A stretch of 64,000 nt of DNA, taken from contig DASUKB010000001.1 of assembly GCA_036278915.1 (NCBI GenBank), positions 7,259-71,258 on the forward strand, in the 5' to 3' direction. Shown in pieces: positions 24,628 through 34,622 of the stretch. The notes below the pieces were generated by a model. The model had not been told where the DNA came from. It worked only from the letters and a program-made list of their open reading frames with translations, and ran no database searches. A program made the translations under genes and the position numbers. The stretch is from Patescibacteria group bacterium. Lineage in GTDB: Bacteria > Patescibacteriota > Doudnabacteria > UBA920 > O2-02-FULL-48-8. How positions within the stretch are numbered: the first letter of the stretch is position 1; each line of letters begins with the position of its first letter.

Positions 24628-26394
24628 ATGGCTCAAACAGGTACTGTGACAAAAGCTCCTCCGGTAGTCAGCTTTGAGAACTTCTTGGTGGAAAAGAAGT
24701 TTTTAAGTGCGGAGGCTTTGGCTAAGGCCCAGACCGAATCCACGACAGCCCACCGCAACCTGTTTGATTATCTGGTTTCAGAAAAATATATCGCTGAGGA
24801 AGATTTAACCCAGGCTCGGGGTTTGTTTTTTAACCTGCCCTACGTGGATTTGCGCAATAAGACCATCAAGAAAGAAGTAGTTGCAGCGGTTTCACGCGAT
24901 ACTTTGGCGAATTACAAATTTATTCCGTTTGACCTCACTGGTAATGTTCTCAAAGTTGCGGTTACGGATCCCACAAACCTCTCAGCGCTGTCCGCGCTGG
25001 AATTTTTGTCCCAGAAGGACAATCTTAAGATAGAGACTTACATTACCTCGTTTGCCAGTTTCCTGTCGGCTTCGCGCAAATCCGGCAATCTAACGACCGA
25101 AGTTTCCCAGGCACTACGAGAAGTTGCGAAAAAAGAACAGGAATTCCAGGATAAAAAAGTCGTCCGGACGGAGAAACCGCTGGAGCAGTCAATTGTCGAC
25201 GAGGCTCCGATTTCCAAAATCGTGGATGTGGTTCTGCGGCATGCCATTGAGGGCCGCGCCTCTGACATTCATATTGAACCAACTGAAGACGACCTGCGCG
25301 TCCGATACCGTATTGACGGCGTGCTGCATTCTTCTTTGATCCTTCCCAAAAGCGTGCATTCGGCCATAGTCTCGCGCGTAAAGATTTTGTCTAATCTCAA
25401 AATTGACGAGCAGCGCCTGCCGCAGGACGGCCGGTTCCATATCAATTTGGATGGCAAGCCGATTGATTTCCGCGTCTCAACGTTTCCAACGGTCATCGGT
25501 GAAAAAGTCGTGTTGCGTATTTTGGATAAGTCCACGGGTGCTCCTACTCTTGAGGAGCTTGGAATTTTTGGCAAGCATCTGGAAATGGTTTTGGATTCAA
25601 TAAAAAAACCACACGGTATGTTCCTTATGACCGGTCCTACCGGATCCGGCAAATCCACAACGTTGTATTCAATTTTATCCATGCTCAACCAACCCGGAGT
25701 AAATATAGTCACATTGGAGGATCCAGTGGAATATTTCATGGACGGGGTCAACCAGGCGCAGGTCCGGCCGGAAATTGGCCTGACATTTGCCTCGGGACTC
25801 CGATCCATTTTACGCCAAGATCCAAACATCATTATGGTCGGCGAGGTCCGGGATCGCGAGACAGCAGAACTGGCAGTCAACTCCGCGCTCACCGGCCACT
25901 TGGTATTTTCTACCCTCCATACAAACAGCGCGGCTGGGGCTATCCCGCGACTTATGGATATGGGCATTGAACCTTTCCTGCTGACCGCATCGTTGAACCT
26001 GGTTGCGGCCCAGCGTTTGGTCCGTAAAATCTGCGACAAATGCATTACCGAAACCAAGCCTACTGCTGGCATTGCCGAAATTATCAAAAAGGAGTTAGCT
26101 GGTGTGAAAGCGGAAGATTTGAAGGGGATTGATGTTAACCAGACCAAAGTCTTTGTGGGGCGAGGATGTCCCGTGTGCGGCAACACTGGTTACCGGGGCC
26201 GGATCGGAATTTATGAATTTATCAAAGTCACGCCAAAAATTCAGGAGCTTATCGAATCCCGGGTTTCTGCTTCAAAAATTTCACAGGTCGCCCTGGAGGA
26301 AGAGGGGATGATTACGATGCGTCAGGATGGCGTAATTAAGGCGTTGAGAGGTCTAACCACAGTTGAGGAAGTGGTGCGGGTCACGAAAGAATAA
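24628..26394 (+). CDS. pilB: type IV pilus assembly ATPase PilB (GspE family)
   Basis: N-terminal GspE-N domain, Walker A GPTGSGKST, tetracysteine CPVCGNTGYRGR. Confidence 0.92.
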   Translation: MAQTGTVTKAPPVVSFENFLVEKKFLSAEALAKAQTESTTAHRNLFDYLVSEKYIAEEDLTQARGLFFNLPYVDLRNKTIKKEVVAAVSRDTLANYKFIPFDLTGNVLKVAVTDPTNLSALSALEFLSQKDNLKIETYITSFASFLSASRKSGNLTTEVSQALREVAKKEQEFQDKKVVRTEKPLEQSIVDEAPISKIVDVVLRHAIEGRASDIHIEPTEDDLRVRYRIDGVLHSSLILPKSVHSAIVSRVKILSNLKIDEQRLPQDGRFHINLDGKPIDFRVSTFPTVIGEKVVLRILDKSTGAPTLEELGIFGKHLEMVLDSIKKPHGMFLMTGPTGSGKSTTLYSILSMLNQPGVNIVTLEDPVEYFMDGVNQAQVRPEIGLTFASGLRSILRQDPNIIMVGEVRDRETAELAVNSALTGHLVFSTLHTNSAAGAIPRLMDMGIEPFLLTASLNLVAAQRLVRKICDKCITETKPTAGIAEIIKKELAGVKAEDLKGIDVNQTKVFVGRGCPVCGNTGYRGRIGIYEFIKVTPKIQELIESRVSASKISQVALEEEGMITMRQDGVIKALRGLTTVEEVVRVTKE

Positions 26395-26398
26395 CTTT

Positions 26399-26749
26399 AT
26401 GAGGAAACTTTTATTTATAAATCCGGACCCAACACTTGCGGCAATTTACAAGAGATCACTGCTGCAGCATTTTGACGTGGAGGAGACCGAAAGCGGTTTG
26501 GAAGGGTTGCGTCTAGCCAAGCTTTCACATCCTGAAATTATAGTAAGTGAATATGTTCTGCCGGATATTGCGGTCTCGTCATTACTGCAGCAGCTGCGCC
26601 GTAATCCCAGGCATATCTCAACGCCGGTGATAATTTTAAGCAGACGGGCTCCAACAGTGGATGCTTTGAATTGGGGGGCGCAGGCTTGGCACCGAACGGC
26701 GGAGACTGGGCCGGAACTATTTGCCGAATCGTGTTTGAAATTTTTATGA
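26399..26749 (+). CDS. CheY-like receiver-domain-like protein (degenerate)
   Basis: MRKLLFINPDP start and receiver-like alpha/beta pattern; the phosphoacceptor Asp is not obvious. Confidence 0.45.
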   Translation: MRKLLFINPDPTLAAIYKRSLLQHFDVEETESGLEGLRLAKLSHPEIIVSEYVLPDIAVSSLLQQLRRNPRHISTPVIILSRRAPTVDALNWGAQAWHRTAETGPELFAESCLKFL

Positions 26750-26897
26750 GTGAAAACATATGTCGGGTAGTAGAAATTTGATATTTGTTCGCGTAACGAA
26801 CAAATCAAGAATGCAATTAATTCAACTCACCCGCTGATTGTTAAAATAGGTATTTAAACTTTCCAAATTGGTCTTAAATCAAATTTTCACTACCCAT

Positions 26898-27977
26898 ATG
26901 TATAAATCTACGGAACTTGAAATCAACAAATTGTTGGCAATTGTCTTGCAGAAAAATGCATCAGACCTGCACTTAGTGGCAGGCAAGCCGCCGACGATCC
27001 GCATAGACAGTCGTCTGACAGAGCTGAAGGAGTACGACGTGCTCTCAGGCGCTGCAATTGCCGCCATTGTGGAAGTGCTTTTGGGCGATGATGTGCGCCG
27101 CAAACAGTTCAAGGAAAACTTGGAACTGGATTTTTCTTATGCATACAAAGATAACGTCCGGTTCCGAGTCAACGTTTATATGCAGAAGGGTTACGTCGCG
27201 GCTGCGCTCCGGCTTATTGCCAGCAGTATCCAAACCGTGGAGGAACTCAACCTTCCCGAACAGTTGCTGAAGTTTACAGATTACAAACAGGGTTTAGTGC
27301 TGGTGGTCGGACCGACTGGGCACGGCAAATCCACAACTTTAGCCGCGCTCATAGACCGAATCAACCACTCGCGCGAAGAAAATATTTTGACCATAGAAGA
27401 TCCAATAGAATACGTTTACATTGCCGACAAATCACTCATTAACCAACGCGAAGTCGGGCAGGACACGAAAAGTTTTGGCCGTGCTCTACGTTCGGCTCTG
27501 CGCGAAGATCCTAATGTTATTTTGGTCGGTGAAATGCGCGATTATGAATCAATCGCCACCACCATCACCTTGGCCGAAACTGGGCATCTCGTATTTGCCA
27601 CTCTTCATACGAATGACGCAGCACAGACGATCGACCGTATAATTGACGTTTTCCCCGCCTACCAGCAGAATCAGACCAGAAGCCAATTATCCACTATTCT
27701 TTTGGGCGTGATTTCCCAGCGCCTCCTGCCCAAAATCGGCGGCGGCCGACTTCCAGCCGTGGAGATTATGATCAACAGCAATGCCGTGTCCAATGTTATC
27801 CGTGAGGGTAAAACTTATGAACTGCCAAACATTATAAATACGTCCGCCACCCAGGGCATGATTTCCCTGGACCGAAGTTTAGCCGCAATGGTTCAGAAAA
27901 ACTTGATTACGCGGGAAGATGCTTTGCTTTTTGCGGCAGATCCGGATTCATTGCGCGGGCTCATCGGCGGCAGTTAA
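26898..27977 (+). CDS. pilT: twitching-motility ATPase PilT
   Basis: Walker A GPTGHGKST, His-box, about 360 aa; start chosen at MYKSTELEINKLL (ORF track begins at 26868). Confidence 0.9.
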   Translation: MYKSTELEINKLLAIVLQKNASDLHLVAGKPPTIRIDSRLTELKEYDVLSGAAIAAIVEVLLGDDVRRKQFKENLELDFSYAYKDNVRFRVNVYMQKGYVAAALRLIASSIQTVEELNLPEQLLKFTDYKQGLVLVVGPTGHGKSTTLAALIDRINHSREENILTIEDPIEYVYIADKSLINQREVGQDTKSFGRALRSALREDPNVILVGEMRDYESIATTITLAETGHLVFATLHTNDAAQTIDRIIDVFPAYQQNQTRSQLSTILLGVISQRLLPKIGGGRLPAVEIMINSNAVSNVIREGKTYELPNIINTSATQGMISLDRSLAAMVQKNLITREDALLFAADPDSLRGLIGGS

Positions 27978-27999
27978 TTTTTAAAATTTAGCGACACAT

Positions 28000-29202
28000 A
28001 TGGAATATACATACCAGGCCAGAGACGAGAAAGGCAATTTACGCACAGGCACCGTGGAGGCGGCAAGCGAAGCCGCGGCTTTTGATTCGCTCAAAAATCA
28101 CGGATTTATAGTCATAAGCCTTGGCGCATCCCAAAAAAGCGGCTTTTTGGACAAGTTTAATTTTCTCAATCGAGTTTCGCCCAAAGACATAGTTTTGTTT
28201 TCACGCCAGCTGTCGACGCTTATAAACGCCTCAGTCCCCATAGTCCAGTCTTTGCAGATCCTTCAGTACCAGGTCAGTTCCGTAAACCTGCGCAAGATTA
28301 TAATAGAAATTACGCAAAAAGTTGAGTCAGGCGACAGTCTGTCATCAGCTCTGGGCCAGTACCCGCACGTATTCTCTGCGCTCTATGTTAATTTGGTGCG
28401 TTCCGCAGAATTATCAGGCACCCTAGACAGTGCATTTAATTATTTGGCCAACCAATTGGAAAAAGATTATGATATGCGCGGCAAAATTATCGGCTCGCTG
28501 ACGTATCCGGCGTTTATCGTTTGCGCCCTGTTTGTGGTTGGATTTTTGATGTTTATCTACGTCTTGCCGCCGTTGGTGGGCGTGTTGCAGGAATCCGACG
28601 TCGCGCTGCCGTTTACGACTAAAATTTTAATTTCCACCACGCATTTCGTGCAGAATTTTTGGTGGCTGATTATTTTCATCATCTTTGGTGGCGGTCTAGG
28701 GTTGCGGTATTACTCCCAAACTTTCGGCGGCAAGTACGCGATGGACTATATTAAGGTTAAAACTCCGTTCATTGGCGGCATATTTCAGAAAATCTATATG
28801 GCGAGGTTTTCACGCAATCTCGCGACCCTCGTGGCCGGCGGCATTCCGATTGTCAAAGCTTTGGAGTCTGTAGCCGACATCATAGGAAACCAGGTTTACC
28901 ACGACATAATTATGGATGCAGCGCAGCAGGTCAGAAACGGCAAGTCGATTGCCATGGCTTTGGTGGACCGGCCGGAATTTCCTCCAATTATTTCGCAAAT
29001 GACGCAAATTGGCGAGTCCACAGGCAAATTGCAGGATATTTTGGATAAGCTGGCCGGGTTTTATGAAAAGGAAGTCAATACCGTGCTCTCAACCTTGACG
29101 ACGCTTCTGGAACCGGTGATTATGGTTCTGTTGGGGTTGGCGGTGGCAGTCATGGTTGCAGGAATTTTGCTGCCGATATATAATTTAGCTGGTGCACAAT
29201 AG
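28000..29202 (+). CDS. pilC: type IV pilus platform protein PilC (GspF family)
   Basis: 400 aa, two GspF repeats, three TM segments. Confidence 0.9.
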   Translation: MEYTYQARDEKGNLRTGTVEAASEAAAFDSLKNHGFIVISLGASQKSGFLDKFNFLNRVSPKDIVLFSRQLSTLINASVPIVQSLQILQYQVSSVNLRKIIIEITQKVESGDSLSSALGQYPHVFSALYVNLVRSAELSGTLDSAFNYLANQLEKDYDMRGKIIGSLTYPAFIVCALFVVGFLMFIYVLPPLVGVLQESDVALPFTTKILISTTHFVQNFWWLIIFIIFGGGLGLRYYSQTFGGKYAMDYIKVKTPFIGGIFQKIYMARFSRNLATLVAGGIPIVKALESVADIIGNQVYHDIIMDAAQQVRNGKSIAMALVDRPEFPPIISQMTQIGESTGKLQDILDKLAGFYEKEVNTVLSTLTTLLEPVIMVLLGLAVAVMVAGILLPIYNLAGAQ

Positions 29203-29358
29203 CAGCCCATGTTTGATACAAAATTAAAGTGAAACCTCAAGTTTATAAGGGGGATTAAGGGGACTGAAAAATTGCCAAATAGTTGGCTTATTTTCCAATT
29301 TCCTTTCTGCCTCTGATGAATCAAAGAGGTTTCCTAAATGGAAGGGGGTGAAATCAAA

Positions 29359-29814
29359 ATGCAAAAATTAAAGAAATATTCAGGTTTTACATTGATCGAA
29401 CTTTTGGTGGTTATTGCCATCATTGGTATTTTGGCCGCCGTAGTTTTGGTTTCGTTAAGTTCGGCCCGCGCCAAATCACGTGATGCCCGAAGAATTTCGG
29501 ACATGAACCAAATGCAGACCGCGTTGGAATTGTTCTATAACGATACTGGCGCGTATCCTGCGACTGTGGCGACGGATGGTACGGGTACAATTACTTGCGG
29601 CACCGGTGATTATTTGGATCCAGTTCCAAAAGATCCAACCGGCACCGGGTCATTCGTTTACACCTATGCCGGAACTGGGACAGGTGGAAGTACCACTGTT
29701 TGCGGTGGCACAGTAAACACCAAGACTGATTATAGCATCAGTTTCACGACAGAACAGCCGAGTTCTTTGGGAGCAGCCGGAACACACACGGCCACGAGCA
29801 GCGGTCTCCGTTAA
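29359..29814 (+). CDS. type IV pilin, probable major pilin
   Basis: KKYSGFTLIELLVVIAIIGILAAVVLVSL; G/T-rich C-terminal domain with a Cys pair. Confidence 0.9.
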   Translation: MQKLKKYSGFTLIELLVVIAIIGILAAVVLVSLSSARAKSRDARRISDMNQMQTALELFYNDTGAYPATVATDGTGTITCGTGDYLDPVPKDPTGTGSFVYTYAGTGTGGSTTVCGGTVNTKTDYSISFTTEQPSSLGAAGTHTATSSGLR

Positions 29815-29863
29815 GTTTACTTCTCTTCTCCAAGATTTTCTTGGAGAAGGATAGTGCACTTAA

Positions 29864-30268
29864 ATGAATGACTCCACTATACAAAAACCAAACCCGATAA
29901 AGTTTGCGATTCTGTGTCTTTTGGCCTTGCTGCTGGTGGTGACTGCCACAGCAGCTTTTTTTGCAGGGAGAACGCGCGCGCAGAATCAAATCCGGCTGTC
30001 AGAAGTCGCTCTTATCCAGAAATTTCTTGAAGCTTACAAACTAGACAACGGCTACTATCCCGCTGCGGTTAATAACCAGCCTTCAAGCTTCCAGAAATAT
30101 TTATCCAGCTTGCCTGTACCTGCTTCGGATTCCAAATGCGGAAGTGCCAATCAATATATTTATGAGCAACTCAACTCGGGTTCCAGTTATAAATTGTCAT
30201 TTTGCTTAAACTCAAAAACGGAAGGTTTTTCTGCGGGTATTAATTCTTTTGGGCCTCCAGCAAATTGA
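29864..30268 (+). CDS. pilin-like protein with a non-canonical N-terminus
   Basis: hydrophobic N-helix, then NGYYPA motif shared with the neighbouring pilins and a C-terminal Cys pair. Confidence 0.45.
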   Translation: MNDSTIQKPNPIKFAILCLLALLLVVTATAAFFAGRTRAQNQIRLSEVALIQKFLEAYKLDNGYYPAAVNNQPSSFQKYLSSLPVPASDSKCGSANQYIYEQLNSGSSYKLSFCLNSKTEGFSAGINSFGPPAN

Positions 30269-30274
30269 ACCCGT

Positions 30275-30751
30275 ATGAAAATTTCACCACGATCGGGATT
30301 TACGGTCATTGAATTGCTTATAATTGCCGCGGCTGGGGCTTTGGCTATATCCATCGCGGCTGTTATTTTAAGCAGTATCCGTTTCAAAAGCGATAATATA
30401 ACAGCCTTGCGCGATTCCAGGCGGTTGCAGGATTTGGCGTCGCTTCGGGTGGGTTTGGATTTATATCAATCCCAGGCCGGAGGATATCCGGATTCTTCTC
30501 TTTGGCATGCTGGCGGTGAAATCTCCTGTGGTAAAGATGAGGGTATCTTGCGCATTCCCTACGATCCCTTGGTCGGCAATCCATATACCTATAAAGGGGA
30601 AGGGGACAAAAAAGCATCTCCTGGTTGCGGAGGTAATGTTTGGAGCAAGTATGCCGTCTCTTTTTATACCGAAGGAAGCACATATCTTGGACCAGCTGGC
30701 GATTACTGCCTGACTTCGAATCGGGGATTTGTAGTTGGGAGTTGCCCATGA
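30275..30751 (+). CDS. type IV pilin-like protein
   Basis: SGFTVIELLIIAA prepilin motif. Confidence 0.8.
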   Translation: MKISPRSGFTVIELLIIAAAGALAISIAAVILSSIRFKSDNITALRDSRRLQDLASLRVGLDLYQSQAGGYPDSSLWHAGGEISCGKDEGILRIPYDPLVGNPYTYKGEGDKKASPGCGGNVWSKYAVSFYTEGSTYLGPAGDYCLTSNRGFVVGSCP

Positions 30752-31533
30752 TTATAATTTTGGCATTTATTTTTGGTTTGCTGATTGGAAGCTTTTTGAA
30801 CGCGGTTATATATCGCCTCTACCGCAATTTGCCATTGGGCGCGGATCGGTCCATGTGCCCGCATTGTAAACATGTACTAAGCCCTTTGGACCTGGTACCT
30901 ATCTTGAGTTTCATTTGGCTGCGCGGCCGGTGCCGATATTGCAAGGCAAAAATTTCCTGGCAGTATCCAATTGTGGAATTACTTACAGGGATAAGTTTTG
31001 CGCTGCTTGCATATAATTACGGATTACGGATTACGGATTACGGATTCTGGTTTCAGTTGGCATTCATCGCGTTTTTGATTCTGATTGCCGTGTTTGATCT
31101 CAAATATTATTTAATTTTGGATAAAGTTTCAATTCCCGCAATTGTCCTGGCGGTCATTTGGAGGATAGTTTCGGATTTCCACTCGAATAATTTCGGCTGG
31201 CATTCGCCGCTTGCAGGCGGTGTTTTCGGCGCAGTGATTATTTCAGGATTTTTTGGATTGCAGTATCTGGCCTCCCGGGGCCGGTGGATTGGCCTGGGTG
31301 ATGTTAAGCTTGGCCTGTTTTTGGGACTGATTTTTGGAGTGGGGCAAGGTTTGGTTTACCTTTTGCTTTCATACTGGATTGGCGCGTTGGTTGGTTTAGT
31401 TCTAGTGGCGGCCAACCAAAAGAAGATGTCCGGTAAATTGCCATTTGGCACAATCCTCGGGTTTTCTGGTATAATAATGTTGCTATACGGATCAAGTCTT
31501 TTGGCTTGGTATCTGCATCTTGTTGGTTTCTAA
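30748..31533 (+). CDS. pilD: prepilin peptidase PilD (A24 family)
   Basis: CPHC...CRYC zinc-binding N-terminus, polytopic; ATGA overlap with the upstream pilin; ORF-track N-extension rejected. Confidence 0.9.
   Translation: MIIILAFIFGLLIGSFLNAVIYRLYRNLPLGADRSMCPHCKHVLSPLDLVPILSFIWLRGRCRYCKAKISWQYPIVELLTGISFALLAYNYGLRITDYGFWFQLAFIAFLILIAVFDLKYYLILDKVSIPAIVLAVIWRIVSDFHSNNFGWHSPLAGGVFGAVIISGFFGLQYLASRGRWIGLGDVKLGLFLGLIFGVGQGLVYLLLSYWIGALVGLVLVAANQKKMSGKLPFGTILGFSGIIMLLYGSSLLAWYLHLVGF
31016..31043 (+). repeat. tandem heptamer (ATTACGG)x4 plus one degenerate copy inside the pilD coding region
   Basis: read directly: ATTACGGATTACGGATTACGGATTACGGATTCTGG encoding YGLRITDYGF. Confidence 0.9.
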
Positions 31534-31556
31534 AGGCGTTTTTGAAACAAATCTGA

Positions 31557-32135
31557 ATGAAAACAGAATCCAAAATTTTATCGGGATTTACCCTTATAGA
31601 ACTGCTTGTGGCCATGGCTATAATTGCATTGTTGGCAACGGTAGTTTTGTCTAACTTCAACCAAGGCAATAGATCCCGGGCCACGGCCCTGGCCGCAGAC
31701 GTGGTCTCTAACTCATTCCGGACCGCGCAAAATGATGCGCTTAACCCCCAGAGCTTTCCGGGTTTTTCGTGCAGTTCGGGTAAGGTTCCAGCCGAGTATC
31801 ACCTCTACTTTGATTCCAATACTCCGACTTATTACACTCTCAATGCGGTGGACAAATGCGGTGATGCGCCGGTCCTGCTTCAAAGGTTTACACTGGCAAA
31901 TAATGTCGTGATCAAAAAAAATAATGGTTTAGCTGTGGATAGCACGGGCGTAGGGAGTGACGGGGGAACGATAGAACTTAAATTTCTACCGCCCTTTTCT
32001 CAGGTTACCGCGTCATTCAATGGCGGCGATTATGAAGAATTTAATTCAGCCGAAGTGATTTTGGAGTCTTCAGACGGGAGTTCATCTCGGACTATCACTT
32101 TTGACGGTGTATCCGGTCGGGTGGACATTAAATAA
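31557..32135 (+). CDS. pseudopilin/minor pilin
   Basis: SGFTLIELLVAMAIIALLA. Confidence 0.8.
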   Translation: MKTESKILSGFTLIELLVAMAIIALLATVVLSNFNQGNRSRATALAADVVSNSFRTAQNDALNPQSFPGFSCSSGKVPAEYHLYFDSNTPTYYTLNAVDKCGDAPVLLQRFTLANNVVIKKNNGLAVDSTGVGSDGGTIELKFLPPFSQVTASFNGGDYEEFNSAEVILESSDGSSSRTITFDGVSGRVDIK

Positions 32136-32139
32136 TTTT

Positions 32140-32928
32140 ATGCGCAACCAAACAGGCCAGACTCTTATAGAAACAATTGTCGCCATCTTTATTTTGACGA
32201 CGGCGCTTACCGCTGGTCTAGCTTTGACCATTTACGTTTTTTCAAATTCACAATCCAGTATAAGTTCAATTGCCGCGACGAATCTTGCGAGACAGGGCGT
32301 TGAAATTGTCCGTAACATGCGTGACAGCAATTGGCTTCAGGCCGACAAGGCAAACACCAGTGCCGGCAAACTCCAGGCCTGCAGCGGCCTAGGCAGCGTG
32401 CTTTGTTATCCACAAGCCTACCACGAGAATAATAACGATAATATGATTATTCGTCTTAATTCTACGGACACCAACACGTACACTAACTCCAGCACACATC
32501 CTTGTAGTGGCAACTTATGCAAAAATCTTAACTGGAGCATGAGCCTCAACAGTTGGCCACAGCTTTCGCCGTTTTCCGCGGCCTCTTCTACGGGTATTTC
32601 TCCGACCGCGTCTGGAAAATATAATGTCTATTTGCATCCAGATGGCGTTTACTATAACGAAACGAATCCTTCCGGTCTGCCATGTTCACCAAATTGCGTA
32701 CCGGATTTTATCCGCAAAATAAAACTGACCAAAACCACTGGCGGCATTTTCCCATCTGACGGCAACTGCACTACCAGCAAAACCGATTGCTATGGACTCA
32801 AAGTCCAAGTTTATGTCGCTTGGAGTAGCAAGCATTGCCCGAGCATCACAGACCAGGATCCGGAAAAACTCAACACTTCTTGCAAAGTGGTTTTGGAAGA
32901 AGACCTGACGAATTGGAAGGATTACTAA
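32140..32928 (+). CDS. minor pilin (PilV/PilW-like)
   Basis: GQTLIETIVAIFIL class III signal-like N-terminus; multiple Cys. Confidence 0.7.
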   Translation: MRNQTGQTLIETIVAIFILTTALTAGLALTIYVFSNSQSSISSIAATNLARQGVEIVRNMRDSNWLQADKANTSAGKLQACSGLGSVLCYPQAYHENNNDNMIIRLNSTDTNTYTNSSTHPCSGNLCKNLNWSMSLNSWPQLSPFSAASSTGISPTASGKYNVYLHPDGVYYNETNPSGLPCSPNCVPDFIRKIKLTKTTGGIFPSDGNCTTSKTDCYGLKVQVYVAWSSKHCPSITDQDPEKLNTSCKVVLEEDLTNWKDY

Positions 32929-32929
32929 A

Positions 32930-33586
32930 ATGGAGCATGAGACACAAAACATGAAGCATGAATCCGCTTTTACCCTAATCGAAGCCATAGTTGCGGCCTC
33001 TGTGTTTGCGTTAGTTGTATCGTCGATCTTGGGCATATATGTCTCGGTTCTGCATTTAGACACGCGCACACGCGCGCAGAGGACATTGGCAGACAATAGC
33101 CGTTTTATAATGGATTTTTTTGGCAAGGAAATTGACAATGGCCACATTGATTATGCCTCTTATCCAAATAACGTTATCTGTAAAAATGGCACCGCGATGC
33201 CGTGTGATATAAGCGGCAATGATGCTCCGGGCACCACTGAGCTGTATATCGTGAACCAGGCCGGAGACGCTGAACACTTTTATCTGTATAATGAAAATAC
33301 GAAAAGCATTGAGCATACGTATTCCAATTGCCAGACAGTGAATTGTGATTTGGTCTTGACCAAAAATTCCGGCACCGCGTCCAACCTGAATTCCTCGGAT
33401 GTGCGAGTGACCAATCTTCAATTTTACACCTCTCCCACCAGCGATCCTTTCAGCAGTGCCAAAAATTTCAGTTACCAGCCGCAGGTCACGGCTGTGTTGG
33501 AACTGACTGCTAATACAGGAAAACGCGACCAGATAAAAATTAATTTACAGAGCACTTTTTCAGAGCTCTATTACCCAAGCCGATGA
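32930..33586 (+). CDS. minor pilin (PilW-like)
   Basis: SAFTLIEAIVAASVFALV N-terminus; true start may be the internal Met at 32951. Confidence 0.65.
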   Translation: MEHETQNMKHESAFTLIEAIVAASVFALVVSSILGIYVSVLHLDTRTRAQRTLADNSRFIMDFFGKEIDNGHIDYASYPNNVICKNGTAMPCDISGNDAPGTTELYIVNQAGDAEHFYLYNENTKSIEHTYSNCQTVNCDLVLTKNSGTASNLNSSDVRVTNLQFYTSPTSDPFSSAKNFSYQPQVTAVLELTANTGKRDQIKINLQSTFSELYYPSR

Positions 33587-34371
33587 ACACACCTTCACAC
33601 AACTCCCAGGAATCCGGCGTAACTTTGCTTCTGGCAGTGTTCCTGATGTCCGGATTGGTACTCATCTCAACGACTATCGCGTTTCTGACTGTCCAGCAGA
33701 TCCGCCAATCGCGTGCGGCGACTTACTCAGAACCGGCATTTGCCGCGGCCAAAGCGGGAGCTGAGCAGGGGATTTGGCAGATTAAGCGGTCCGAAAGTTC
33801 CGGTATCAGTTCCTGCGATGATGGCAGTAATAATCTGCCTTTGTCCAACGCCACTGCGGCGTACTGCACATCAAATGGCGAAGCGACTTTCAATATCAAG
33901 GGCAGCGATCCTTATATCTTTTATCTTTATGATCCCGAGGATCCAAATACTGACTTAGATCTATCCGGCATGCGAGACGGCGGGTATCATAATATGACCG
34001 TAACCCTGCAATCGGGAAAACACAATATGAATTTAAGTATTACTCGGGTCAGCGGCGATCCTGTGGGCACTCCGGTTTCATACCCGGTACCGGTAACTTT
34101 GGCTGTGGGTGGTACCAAGATCATTAATAACCTTAATGGGCTGCAAAACGGCGCCCCTGGCGAAGACGATCGCATGCAGGTTACACTCCAATGCAGCAGC
34201 TGTGCGGCCAATGACTTAACCACCATGGTTGTGAATACTGATGTCGGTATGCCGACATTCCCCACAGTTGACTCCATCGGTTGCGCTGGGGTGGTGACTC
34301 CTGATGCCGGATGCGCCGGGACCAACTCGGACCAATACAACCGCAGAATTCAGGTGACGGTACCAGAATAA
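33583..34371 (+). CDS. PilX-like minor pilin/tip protein
   Basis: hydrophobic N-helix GVTLLLAVFLMSGLVLISTTIAFL, then QQIRQS...; last gene of the pilus operon. Confidence 0.55.
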   Translation: MNTPSHNSQESGVTLLLAVFLMSGLVLISTTIAFLTVQQIRQSRAATYSEPAFAAAKAGAEQGIWQIKRSESSGISSCDDGSNNLPLSNATAAYCTSNGEATFNIKGSDPYIFYLYDPEDPNTDLDLSGMRDGGYHNMTVTLQSGKHNMNLSITRVSGDPVGTPVSYPVPVTLAVGGTKIINNLNGLQNGAPGEDDRMQVTLQCSSCAANDLTTMVVNTDVGMPTFPTVDSIGCAGVVTPDAGCAGTNSDQYNRRIQVTVPE

Positions 34372-34557
34372 GGCCGCTCGGGCAGAAAAATTTTTCCCGA
34401 ACACAAAAATCCACTATTTGAATGTACTTCAAAGTGGATTTTTGTTCTATTGTGATTTCTTAAGAAATCACAAGGAGTCGGAAAAATTTTTCTGCCCTCG
34501 CTAAATAAATCATTATGTGTCCACATTGCGGCTGGCCTCGTTAAATAATTTTCAATG

Positions 34558-34597
34558 AAAAAAAAATTAAACCCGCCAGGTTGGCGGGTTTAATTAA
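34558..34597. terminator. bidirectional rho-independent terminator
   Basis: AAACCCGCCAGGTTGGCGGGTTT with A-run before and T/A-run after. Confidence 0.75.
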
Positions 34598-34622
34598 TTC
34601 TGTTTTAGTTTGGGTTTTAAAC

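Noticed and set aside
25269-26186. 305-aa antisense ORF inside pilB
   Set aside because: It is the opposite strand of a conserved GspE-family ATPase, with no features of its own.
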